From Actinomycetes bacterium (lineage in GTDB: Bacteria; Actinomycetota; Actinomycetes; S36-B12): 64,000 bases of DNA. Positions 24,919-33,768 of the stretch are shown here, piece by piece. A program made the position numbers and the translations under genes. The notes under the pieces were generated by a model that worked only from the letters and a program-made list of their open reading frames with translations, ran no database searches and was not told the DNA's origin. How positions within the stretch are numbered: the stretch's first letter is position 1; the number at the start of each line of letters is the position of its first letter. The DNA lies in the NCBI GenBank assembly GCA_965227045.1, contig OZ245718.1:154291-218290 (forward strand), read 5' to 3'.

Positions 24919-25704
24919 GTGAGAGGGACAAGTCGGGTGCGTCGGCGCCAGCGACTGGGCTTCTCGTTTCGTTTTGCGGTCTTCTTGATCTGGCCCTTCA
25001 TGCGCACGTTCGTCAAGTGGGACGTCGAGGGGACCGAGCGGCTGACCGATGCCGAGGGGGGCGTGATCGTCGCGGCCAATCACACCTCGTGGTTCGACCC
25101 GCCGGTCGTGGCGTTCGCCCTGTGGGAGGCCGACCGGCCACCTCGCTTCCTGGGCAAGGAGAGCGTCTTCCGGGTTCCCGTCTTTGGGCGGATCATCAAG
25201 AACGCCGGCCAGATCCCGGTCTACCGCGAGAGCGCGGACGCCTCGTCGGCGATCCGTGACGCTCTCGCGGCGCTGGATCGAGGCGACTGCGTGGTGGTCT
25301 ACCCCGAAGGCACGATGACCCGGGACCCAGGCCTGTGGCCGATGTCCGGCAAGACCGGCGCGGTGCGGCTGGCCCTCGCCTCCGGGCGGCCTCTGTTCCC
25401 GATGGTGCAGTGGGGCTCGCACCTGGTGATGCGCCCGTACGTCAAGGAGTTCAGGCTGCTGCCGCGCAAGACGATTCGCATCCTCGTCGGCGATCCGGTC
25501 GACCTCAGCGACCTGGCCGGTTCACCCGCCGATGCGGCCACCTGGCACGAGGGCACCGAGCGGCTCATGGACGCCATCACTGAGCTCGAGGCCCGGGTGC
25601 GCAAGGAGCCGGCTCCGGCAACCCGGCTGGACTTCAAGCGCTTTCCGGACGCTCATGACGGGGACGACGAGCCGAATGGGGTCGAACCGCCACTTCAGGC
25701 GTGA
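24919..25704 (+). CDS. Lysophospholipid acyltransferase (PlsC-like)
   Basis: NHTSWFD, FLGKESVF, VYPEGTMTRD, KTGAVRLA; SD GGAGG 8 nt before GTG 24919. Confidence 0.9.
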   Translation: MRGTSRVRRRQRLGFSFRFAVFLIWPFMRTFVKWDVEGTERLTDAEGGVIVAANHTSWFDPPVVAFALWEADRPPRFLGKESVFRVPVFGRIIKNAGQIPVYRESADASSAIRDALAALDRGDCVVVYPEGTMTRDPGLWPMSGKTGAVRLALASGRPLFPMVQWGSHLVMRPYVKEFRLLPRKTIRILVGDPVDLSDLAGSPADAATWHEGTERLMDAITELEARVRKEPAPATRLDFKRFPDAHDGDDEPNGVEPPLQA

Positions 25705-25755
25705 CGACCGGCACAATGGTGGGCCAGCCCGATCCGAGCGACAGATGGAGAGCCG

Positions 25756-26766
25756 ATGACCCGCGTGGCAATCATGGGCAGCGGCTCCTGGGGGACGGCG
25801 TTTGCCATGGTGCTCGCCGATGCGGGCAGCGATGTGGTCATCTGGGGACGCGACGGGGACGTGTCCGAGGACATCAATCGTCGGCATCGCAATGAGGGAT
25901 ACCACCCCGGAATCGACCTGCCTGAGCGGATCATCGCCACAACCGATCCCGGCGTCGCCCTCGCGGACGCAAGCCTCGTCGTCCTCGCCGTGCCCGCGCA
26001 GGTGCTCCGCGAGAATCTCGGCGGGTGGGGAGCCGCCATTGCCGCAGACGCCGTGCTCGTCAGCCTCATGAAGGGCATCGAGCTCGGCACGACCAAGCGG
26101 ATGAGCGAGGTGATCTCGGAGTCGGCGGATATCGACGTCGCTCGTGTCGCCGTCGTCTCCGGCCCGAATCTGGCCCGGGAGATCGTCATGCGGCAGCCCG
26201 CGGCAACGACGGTCGCGTCACCGGATCGCGAGAGCGCCCAGCGACTGCAGGACGCGTGCACCACCGACTACTTCCGGCCGTACTGGACCACCGACGTCAT
26301 CGGCACCGAGATCGGCGGGGCGGTGAAGAATGTCATCGCCCTGGCCAACGGAATCGCCGTAGGCATGGGACTCGGCGAGAACTCTCAGGCCTCCCTGATC
26401 ACCCGAGGGCTCGCGGAGATGGCCAGGCTCGGCGTGGCCCTCGGTGCCGACCCGCTCACGTTCCAAGGCCTGGCCGGGGTCGGCGACCTGGTCGCTACCT
26501 GCCAGTCGCCGCTGTCGCGCAATCGCACGTTCGGGGTGAACCTGGGCAAGGGACTGAGCGTCGAGGAGACCATCGCGGTCACCAAGCAGACCTGTGAGGC
26601 CTTCAAGAGCTGCCAGCCGATCCTTGACCTGGGGCGCGCCCACGGCGTGGACATGCCGATCACCGAGCAGGTGGTTCAGGTGGTCCACCACGGCCAGTCG
26701 CCGCGCATGATGGCGTCGGCGTTCATGAGCCGCGACACCAAAGGCGAGAACCGCACGAGCGAGTAG
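25756..26766 (+). CDS. gpsA: NAD(P)H-dependent glycerol-3-phosphate dehydrogenase
   Basis: GSGSWGTA, KGIE, SGPNLARE, KNVIALA, GDLVATC.S..SRN. Confidence 0.96.
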   Translation: MTRVAIMGSGSWGTAFAMVLADAGSDVVIWGRDGDVSEDINRRHRNEGYHPGIDLPERIIATTDPGVALADASLVVLAVPAQVLRENLGGWGAAIAADAVLVSLMKGIELGTTKRMSEVISESADIDVARVAVVSGPNLAREIVMRQPAATTVASPDRESAQRLQDACTTDYFRPYWTTDVIGTEIGGAVKNVIALANGIAVGMGLGENSQASLITRGLAEMARLGVALGADPLTFQGLAGVGDLVATCQSPLSRNRTFGVNLGKGLSVEETIAVTKQTCEAFKSCQPILDLGRAHGVDMPITEQVVQVVHHGQSPRMMASAFMSRDTKGENRTSE

Positions 26767-26785
26767 TTCCTGCCTTCGGCAGTTC

Positions 26786-27928
26786 CTACTTCGGCACCAC
26801 CGAGGTCAGTGCGGCATCGAGGTCCGTCCACAGGTCCTCGACGGCCTCGATGCCGAAGGACAGCCGGACCAGGCTCTCCGGGACGGTGCTGCTCTCGTAC
26901 TGCCAGCGACGTCGCCGCTCGAGCAGCGACTCGACCCCACCGAGGCTGGTCGCATAGGTCCAGATCCGCACCGCCTGGCAGGCGGCGTCGGCCGCATCCG
27001 GACCGCCCACGAATTCGATCGACGCGATCGTGCCGAATCCGGGATAGCGAACCGTGGAGACCGCCGGATGGCTCGCGAGTCTCGCGGCGATCTCCTGGGC
27101 GTTGGCCTGCGCCCGCTCGACTCGCAGAGCGAGCGTGCGTATTCCACGCAGCGCCAGGTAGCAGTCGAAGGCGCTCGGCGCTGCGCCGAGCAGCGTCCGT
27201 CGGAGCCGCAGGCTTTGCGCGAGCTCGGCATCGGCGGCGATGAGAGCACCCATCAGGAGATCGGAGTGCCCGCTGATCGCCTTCGTCACGCTGTGCATCA
27301 CCACGTCGGCCCCCAAGGTGAGCGGGGTCTGGATGATCGGCGTGGCGAAGGTGTTGTCGACGAGGACGAGTGCGCCAGCGGCGTGCGCAGCGGTGATGCA
27401 CGCCGGCAGGTCGGCAACCTGCAGCAAGGGATTCGTCGGCGACTCGAGCCACAGCAGGTGCGCTCCCGCGCAGGCCGCGGTGATCGCCGCCGTGTCGTCG
27501 GCATCCACGATCCGCAATTCGAGGCGTTCGATCGCGGCGAGCTCGCGCAGTCTCAGCGCGACTCCCGTGTACGCCGCGCTCGGGGCGACGACAACCGCAC
27601 CCATGGGGACCAGATCCATCATCGCGTTGGCCGCTGCCATGCCCGAGGAGTAGGCGATGGCGATGCCGTGCTCTAGCGCGCCGAGCGCCGCCTCGAGTGC
27701 CTCGGTCGTCGGCGCGGTCTCGCGCGCGTACTCGATCGACCCACCCGCGTGAAAGGAGGATGCCGGCACGATTGGCGCGTTGAGCGGCTGGTTCGGACCG
27801 GCGTCGGGGCGGCCGGCGCGAACCACGATGGTCTCGATCGACAGCGGCGCGCCGCTCGACGCCGCGCTCGACGCCGCGCCATCTGCAACTGCAGAAGGTT
27901 CGCTCGCGGGTGCTGCGGTCGTCGACAC
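26786..27928 (-). CDS. Cys/Met metabolism PLP enzyme (cystathionine gamma-synthase-like)
   Basis: SSGMAA, WLESPTNP, DNTFATP, HSVTKAISGHSD, SLGGVESL; leaderless TAGGGT-6nt-GTG. Confidence 0.88.
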   Translation of the reverse strand: MSTTAAPASEPSAVADGAASSAASSGAPLSIETIVVRAGRPDAGPNQPLNAPIVPASSFHAGGSIEYARETAPTTEALEAALGALEHGIAIAYSSGMAAANAMMDLVPMGAVVVAPSAAYTGVALRLRELAAIERLELRIVDADDTAAITAACAGAHLLWLESPTNPLLQVADLPACITAAHAAGALVLVDNTFATPIIQTPLTLGADVVMHSVTKAISGHSDLLMGALIAADAELAQSLRLRRTLLGAAPSAFDCYLALRGIRTLALRVERAQANAQEIAARLASHPAVSTVRYPGFGTIASIEFVGGPDAADAACQAVRIWTYATSLGGVESLLERRRRWQYESSTVPESLVRLSFGIEAVEDLWTDLDAALTSVVPK

Positions 27929-27976
27929 ACTCAGACCCTAGCCGCGCGGGTCATGGGCGGGGGATACGGTCGTCCT

Positions 27977-29026
27977 GTGAATCGCATCCGGGTGGCCGTC
28001 CTCCTGGGCGGGCGCAGCAGCGAGCATTCCATCTCGTGCATCAGCGGTCGGTCGATCGCGGCCGCGCTCGACCCCGATCGATACGAGGTCACCGCAGTGG
28101 GCATCGGCCGCGACGGGCGTTGGGTGCGGGCTGCTGACGGCGGTCTGGGATTCCTCGAGGACCTGGGCCCGTTGCCCGAGGTGTCCGCGAATGCGGACTC
28201 CGCCGATCTCGCCGCGTGCCTCGACGTCGACGTCGTGTTCCCCGTCCTCCACGGACCGTGGGGCGAGGACGGATCGGTCCAAGGACTCCTCGAGACCATG
28301 GGCGTGCCGTACGTCGGCTCCGGGGTGCTGTCGTCTGCGGTCTCGATGGACAAGGGCTTCATGAAGTCCGCGCTCGAGGCCGCCGATCTGGAGGTCGGAC
28401 GCTACGTCGTGGTCACTGACCGCGAATGGACTGCCGATCCGGCGCTGGCCCTGGATCGAGTTGCCGAGTTGGGCCTGCCCGTGTTCGTGAAGCCCGCGCG
28501 TGCGGGTTCGTCCCTCGGGATCGTCAAGGTGAGCTCCTCCGACGCGCTTCACCAGGCGATCGAGTCGGCACGCAAGCACGATCCGCGCATCATCGTCGAG
28601 GCTGCGGTCACCAACGCCCGCGAGATCGAGTGCGGCGTGCTCGTTGATCCTGACGGCCAGCCGCGTGCCAGCCGCTGCGCGGAGATCCTCGTCAACGAGC
28701 GTCACGAGTTCTACGACTTCGAGGCCAAGTACCTCGACGACTCGGCGACCCTCATCGTGCCCGCCGAGTTGCCCGACGACATCGAAGAGCGCGTCCGAGA
28801 GCAGGCAATCCGCGCGTTCGACGCGCTGGCCTGCGATGGCCTGGCCCGTGTCGACTTCTTCGTCGCCTCCGACGGCCGCGTGATCCTCAATGAGGTGAAC
28901 ACCATGCCCGGGTTCACCAGCATCTCGATGTATCCGCGGATGTGGGCAGCGACCGGAGTCGACTATCCGGTACTCGTCGATCGCCTGGTGGCCGATGCGC
29001 TGCGCAAGGGCACGGGCCTGCACTAG
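27977..29026 (+). CDS. ddl: D-alanine--D-alanine ligase
   Basis: GGRSSEH, HGPWGEDG, VKPARAGSSLG, YDFEAKY, NEVNTMPGFT; TACGGT-6nt-GTG. Confidence 0.96.
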   Translation: MNRIRVAVLLGGRSSEHSISCISGRSIAAALDPDRYEVTAVGIGRDGRWVRAADGGLGFLEDLGPLPEVSANADSADLAACLDVDVVFPVLHGPWGEDGSVQGLLETMGVPYVGSGVLSSAVSMDKGFMKSALEAADLEVGRYVVVTDREWTADPALALDRVAELGLPVFVKPARAGSSLGIVKVSSSDALHQAIESARKHDPRIIVEAAVTNAREIECGVLVDPDGQPRASRCAEILVNERHEFYDFEAKYLDDSATLIVPAELPDDIEERVREQAIRAFDALACDGLARVDFFVASDGRVILNEVNTMPGFTSISMYPRMWAATGVDYPVLVDRLVADALRKGTGLH

Positions 29027-29036
29027 CGCGCGTGGC

Positions 29037-30413
29037 TCATTCGAGCAGCGGTTTGGGTGGGTGTTGGTAGTGGCGGGCTTGTGGTGATTGCCAGGTGCAG
29101 GTTCCGTCGGCTTGGCTGTGGAGGATTTGCCAGCCGGTGTGGGTTTTGAGTTGGTGGTGTCGCAGGCACAGGGCGCCGAGGTTGTCTCGGGTGGTGTTTC
29201 CCCCGTCGTTCCAGGGTGTGGCGTGGTCGATCTGGCACTTCGTGGCGCGGCGCCGGCAGCCGGGGAATCGGCAGGTGGTGTCGCGGGTCTGGATGAACGC
29301 CCGCAGCCGGTCAGGGATTTGGTAGGAGCGTCGGCCGATGTCGAGCAGGTGCCCGGTGATCGGGTCGGTGACCAGGCGGCGCATGGTGCAGTGGACGTCA
29401 GAATCGGCCAGGAGGTCGCGCACGAGGTCGGCGACCACGGGTCCGGACCCGGCGAGGTGGGCGGGTTCGGCGTTGAGGTCGAGCAGGGTGGCCAGGTCGA
29501 TGACCAGGTCCACGTGCGCCGACCGCCGGGCGTGGCCGTGGTGCCCGCCGCCGGGGACCAGGTCGGTGGCCGAGTCCAGGACCAGTTCACGCAGCGCAGC
29601 GGCGCGTCGTTCCCCGACGAGCATCCCCGACCATCCCGGCGTGCTCCCGTCCGCGGCGTCCGTGGCGTTGGCGCGGGCGTCGATGGCGGTCATGATCGCG
29701 TGGGCGTCCTCGGCCGCGAGCCGGGCGATCAGGGTGGAGATCCCATCGAGCTCATCGACCACGTACACCGCCCGGGTGCAACGCGCGGCCAGGCGCATAC
29801 GGCGTGCCCCCTCGGCATCGATCACCAGCACCGCCCGACGCGCCGCGGCCCGGGTCGCCGACAGCGTCCCGCGACGCGCGACCGGCAGGACCCGGGACTG
29901 CAGCTGGGCGCACGCGACCGTGAAGTCCGCACCATGGGCGCCGTGGTCCGCGTAGCGCCCCGGCAGCCGCGTCGTCGCCTCCACCATCACCGCCACATGC
30001 CCGGTGGTGATCTCGCCCAAGGACAGCGCCTCGTGGGTGGGGCGCAGGGGGCCGGCGAGGAGTCGGGCGGTATCGATCCGATGCTGGGCCGTGACCGGGG
30101 ACCAGCGCAACGCCGCAGCGACCTCCTCACGGACCGCGTCCTCGACCCGCACCATCCGCTCGTCGACCAGCGCGAACTCATCGACCTGACGCTCGCCACC
30201 GGCCGCCGCGACCAGGAACTCCGCCTGCACCGACGCCCACCACGCGGTAATCCGCTCATGGACCTGCAGGCACGTCACCGCATCGGCCGGACTCAACGCC
30301 GACCGGTCGATCATCAACAACACCGACTGCGCGAACAACCCCGGCTCCATGTCGACCACGCACTCCAGCAACTGCGCCGGAGAGGCGGTCAGAAGATCGA
30401 AGTCGGTGAGCAT
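29037..30413 (-). CDS. DUF222/13E12-repeat-like HNH endonuclease
   Basis: C-terminal RDTTCRFPGC...DHATPW..GG.T...NLGALCLRHHQLKT; middle RRLVTDPITG.LLD.GR. Confidence 0.9.
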   Translation of the reverse strand: MLTDFDLLTASPAQLLECVVDMEPGLFAQSVLLMIDRSALSPADAVTCLQVHERITAWWASVQAEFLVAAAGGERQVDEFALVDERMVRVEDAVREEVAAALRWSPVTAQHRIDTARLLAGPLRPTHEALSLGEITTGHVAVMVEATTRLPGRYADHGAHGADFTVACAQLQSRVLPVARRGTLSATRAAARRAVLVIDAEGARRMRLAARCTRAVYVVDELDGISTLIARLAAEDAHAIMTAIDARANATDAADGSTPGWSGMLVGERRAAALRELVLDSATDLVPGGGHHGHARRSAHVDLVIDLATLLDLNAEPAHLAGSGPVVADLVRDLLADSDVHCTMRRLVTDPITGHLLDIGRRSYQIPDRLRAFIQTRDTTCRFPGCRRRATKCQIDHATPWNDGGNTTRDNLGALCLRHHQLKTHTGWQILHSQADGTCTWQSPQARHYQHPPKPLLE

Positions 30414-30419
30414 GCTCGA

Positions 30420-30441
30420 ACACTAGAACCCAGGCCTGACA
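30420..30441 (-). promoter_or_regulatory. PafBC/RecA-NDp-type promoter TGTCAG-N10-TAGTGT
   Basis: Minus strand reads TGTCAG gcctgggttc TAGTGT tcgagc ATG, matching TGTCRG-N10-TANNNT. Confidence 0.7.
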
Positions 30442-30493
30442 CTCCCGGACGAGCCGAAAAGCCAGCAACCCCAATGGATCTGATGGCTCGCAG

Positions 30494-30730
30494 TTACAGG
30501 TGGACGACGGGGCAGGTCAGAGTGCGGGTGATGCCGGGAACGCCCTGAATCCGCGCGACAACGAGCTTGCCGAGGTCGTCCATGGTGCGCGCCTCGGCGC
30601 GCACGATCACGTCGTAAGGCCCGGTGACGTCCTCCGCGAGCGTGACGCCCGAGATCTCGCGGATCGCCTTGACGACGGTCGCCGCCTTGCCGACCTCCGT
30701 CTGGATCAGCACGTACGCCTGCACACTCAT
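30494..30730 (-). CDS. Lrp/AsnC ligand-binding-domain protein
   Basis: VQAYVLIQTEVGK...VTGPYDVIV...GITRTLTCPVV; divergent from thiL. Confidence 0.9.
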   Translation of the reverse strand: MSVQAYVLIQTEVGKAATVVKAIREISGVTLAEDVTGPYDVIVRAEARTMDDLGKLVVARIQGVPGITRTLTCPVVHL

Positions 30731-30749
30731 GCCTGCGAGACTAGCGCCC

Positions 30750-31718
30750 ATGACAACCGACAGTGGCGGAACCGTTCAGGACCTCGGGGAGTTCGGACTG
30801 ATCGGTCGGCTGACCGCGGGCATCGACGACGACGCCTCCGTGATCGTGGGGCCCGGGGACGACACGGCGGTCGTCGCGACGCCGGACGGTCGGGTGGCGA
30901 TCACATGCGATGTTCTGGTTGAGGGCGTCCACTTTCGACGAGACTGGTCCACCGCGATCGACGTGGGCCGCAAGGCGGCTGCCGCCTCGCTCGCCGATAT
31001 CGCCGCGATGGGCGCACGGCCGACATCGCTGGTCGTCGGGTTCGGCACCCCGGGTGACCTGCCGGCAGCCTGGGCCGTTGGCTGCGCGGCCGGGATCCGC
31101 GAGGAGGCAGCGCTCGTCGGTGCAGTTCTGGTCGGGGGAGACGTGGTGCAGTCGCCGCAGGTCGTCATCAGCGTGACCGCCCTCGGGGATCTCGAGGGCC
31201 GGGCTCCCGTGCTTCGGTCGGGTGCGCGGGCGGGCGACATCGTCGCGATCGCCGGACGGCACGGTTGGTCGGCGGCAGGACTGGCGCTGCTGTCCCGAGG
31301 CTTCCGCTCGCCCAAGGTTCTCGTCGATGCGCATCGGTTCCCACAGCCGGACTACGCGGCCGGCGTCCGCGCGGCGGAGGCGGGGGCGAGTTCGATGATC
31401 GACGTGAGCGACGGACTCGTCGGCGACGCGACGCACATCGCCGTTGCGTCAGGTGTCGACATTGACATCGACACCTCAGGGTGGGAGATCCCCGAGCCGA
31501 TGCAGGCAGCCGCGGCCGCCTACAACGTCGACCCGCGCGAGTGGATGCTCACCGGGGGAGAGGACCACGCCCTCCTGGCGACCTTCCCGGCCGGGACCAC
31601 GCTGCCCGAGGGCTTCGTGCGAACGGGCACGGTGGCGGCGGCGGCCAGTGGTGAGCCGGCGGTCAGCGTCGATGGCGTGCCGCGTCAGGACGCTGGCGGA
31701 CACCGGCACTTCTCCTGA
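30750..31718 (+). CDS. thiL: Thiamine-monophosphate kinase
   Basis: GEFGLI, GPGDDTA, VEGVHF, DIAAMG, GGD, IDVSDGL, GGEDH. Confidence 0.95.
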   Translation: MTTDSGGTVQDLGEFGLIGRLTAGIDDDASVIVGPGDDTAVVATPDGRVAITCDVLVEGVHFRRDWSTAIDVGRKAAAASLADIAAMGARPTSLVVGFGTPGDLPAAWAVGCAAGIREEAALVGAVLVGGDVVQSPQVVISVTALGDLEGRAPVLRSGARAGDIVAIAGRHGWSAAGLALLSRGFRSPKVLVDAHRFPQPDYAAGVRAAEAGASSMIDVSDGLVGDATHIAVASGVDIDIDTSGWEIPEPMQAAAAAYNVDPREWMLTGGEDHALLATFPAGTTLPEGFVRTGTVAAAASGEPAVSVDGVPRQDAGGHRHFS

Positions 31719-31759
31719 CGCGATCGCGCGCCCGGCCCCGCGCCGCGCACGCCCGACAA

Positions 31760-31793
31760 AGCAAATCGGCACCGCCCGAAGGCGATGCCGATT
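31760..31793 (-). terminator. rpmB terminator
   Basis: Minus strand AATCGGCATCGCC-TTCG-GGCGGTGCCGATT followed by TGCTTTG. Confidence 0.75.
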
Positions 31794-31808
31794 CGACGTT
31801 CGATGCGC

Positions 31809-31997
31809 TCAGGCGCGGGCGACCTTGCCGGCCTTGAGGCAGGAGGCGCACACGTTCAGGCGCTTGGGGGTGCGACCGACGATGGCGCGCACGCGCTGGA
31901 TGTTCGGGTTCCAGCGGCGCGACGTGCGACGGTGCGAATGGGAAATGCTGTTTCCGAAGCTGGGGCCCTTGCCGCAGACGTCGCAGTTGGCAGCCAC
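31809..31997 (-). CDS. rpmB: 50S ribosomal protein L28 (zinc-binding form)
   Basis: [33 protein letters not shown]...[10 protein letters not shown]; SD GAGGAG. Confidence 0.96.
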   Translation of the reverse strand: MAANCDVCGKGPSFGNSISHSHRRTSRRWNPNIQRVRAIVGRTPKRLNVCASCLKAGKVARA

Positions 31998-32145
31998 GGT
32001 GCACTCCTCGTTGATGATGGGAATCAATGGTGCGGCGGGTGAAGTCACCGACCGCGAGCCACAAGGGTAGCCGAGGGCGCATCAGAGTCCCAAATTGAGG
32101 GTACGGTCGGACGATTCGAGCGTGCTGAGCCGGTGAGGAGGACCG

Positions 32146-33768
32146 TTGGCCGTCGTCGTCTCCTCCGCCCTGGTGCGGGACTGGGCACAGCGCGCCCTGA
32201 CCAGCCTCGGCGAGGCTCGGGCGGAGATCGACGCCCTCAACGTGTTCCCTGTGCCCGACGGGGATACCGGTACGAACCTGTACCTGACGATGGAGTCCGC
32301 GCTCGAATCGGTGGACGAATGCTGGCCATGCACGACCGGATCGGAGCCAACGGTGGGCGCCGCCGCTAAGGCTCTGTCGACGGGGGCGCTCATGGGCGCC
32401 CGAGGCAACTCCGGGGTGATCTTGTCCCAATTGCTGCGCGGGACCGGGGAGGTGCTGTCCGGACTCCACGATGGTGCTCCACTGGACGGCGAGATGATCC
32501 GCGACCTCCTGCGCCGGGGTGCAGACCTGAGCTACCAGGCGGTTGCTCGACCGGTCGAGGGAACGATCCTCACGGTGGCCAGGGCTGCCGCCGATTCTGC
32601 CGCCGCCAGCGTCGAGGCCGGAGTACGCGACGCGGCCGGGGTCGTGGCCGCGGCAGCGCAGGGCGCCCAGGAGGCACTCGAGCGCACGCCGGAGATGCTC
32701 GAGTCCCTTCGGCTTGCCGGAGTGGTCGACGCCGGTGGACGTGGGCTGGTGGTGGTCCTCGACGCGCTTGCCGAGGTCGTGTCGGGCATCAGGCGTCCTG
32801 TTGCCCGCGTCCCGCACGCCGCAGCAACCACTCCGATGAGCCATGACCCGGCGGAGAGCTACGACGGTCCGGCCTACGAGGTGATGTTCCTGCTCGAGGC
32901 CGAGGATTCGGCAGTCTCGGTGCTCACGTCCGAGTTGGACGACCTTGGCGACAGCCTCGTCGTCGTCGGCGGCGATCGGCTGTGGAACGTCCACGTGCAT
33001 GCCGACGACGCGGGCGCGGCCATCGAGGCAGCGATTCGCGCGGGTCGTCCGTACCGGATCCGGATCACGCACCTGGAGGTTGTCACCGCGCACGAGACGC
33101 CAGTCGAGAATCGCGCGATCGTCGCGGTCACGCACGGCCCGGGCGTTGCCACCCTGCTGGAGGAGGCGGGCGTGACCATCGTCCCAGCCGTCGCGCGCCA
33201 GCGGCCGTCCACCGCAGAACTCCTCGGCGCGATACGGCAGACGCACGCCACCGAGGTCGTGGTCCTGCCGAGCGACAAGGACACCCGCGCGGTCGCGGAA
33301 GCCGCGGCGGAGCAAGCGCGCAGTGAGGGCGTACGCGTGTTCGTGATCCCGACGCGGTCGATCGTGCAGACACTGGCGGCCGTGGCAGTCCACGATCCGT
33401 CGGCTCGGGCGGATGCCGACGTCGTCTCGATGACACGCGCCGCGGGAGCCACGCGGTATGCGGCGGTGACGATCGCGAGCCGGCAGGCACTGACCACGGT
33501 CGGCCCGTGCGAGGTCGGCGATGTACTCGGTCTGGTCGACGGCGACATCGTCATCGTCGGGCAGTCGGTGGCTGACGTCACACGCGAACTGCTCGTCGGA
33601 ATGCTCGCCATCGGTGGCGAGTTGGTCACCCTCGTGGCCGGTCTCGACGCGGACCGCGACCTCACCGACGAACTGCCCGAGTGGCTCGGCGAGCGCTACC
33701 CGCTGGTCGACGTGACGGTGTACGACGGGGGCCAGCCCTTGTGGCCGATGATCATGGGCGTGGAGTGA
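32146..33768 (+). CDS. DAK2 domain protein (FakA/YloV-like)
   Basis: LNVFPVPDGDTGTN, GARGNSGVILSQ, VEGTILTV, VDAGG, VHVH, GGQP...GVE. Confidence 0.92.
   Translation: MAVVVSSALVRDWAQRALTSLGEARAEIDALNVFPVPDGDTGTNLYLTMESALESVDECWPCTTGSEPTVGAAAKALSTGALMGARGNSGVILSQLLRGTGEVLSGLHDGAPLDGEMIRDLLRRGADLSYQAVARPVEGTILTVARAAADSAAASVEAGVRDAAGVVAAAAQGAQEALERTPEMLESLRLAGVVDAGGRGLVVVLDALAEVVSGIRRPVARVPHAAATTPMSHDPAESYDGPAYEVMFLLEAEDSAVSVLTSELDDLGDSLVVVGGDRLWNVHVHADDAGAAIEAAIRAGRPYRIRITHLEVVTAHETPVENRAIVAVTHGPGVATLLEEAGVTIVPAVARQRPSTAELLGAIRQTHATEVVVLPSDKDTRAVAEAAAEQARSEGVRVFVIPTRSIVQTLAAVAVHDPSARADADVVSMTRAAGATRYAAVTIASRQALTTVGPCEVGDVLGLVDGDIVIVGQSVADVTRELLVGMLAIGGELVTLVAGLDADRDLTDELPEWLGERYPLVDVTVYDGGQPLWPMIMGVE

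Noticed and set aside
29021-30490. Target-site duplication around the HNH gene (CACTAG or TGGCTC matches)
   Set aside because: Only 6-nt matches, one of them inside the promoter; chance level
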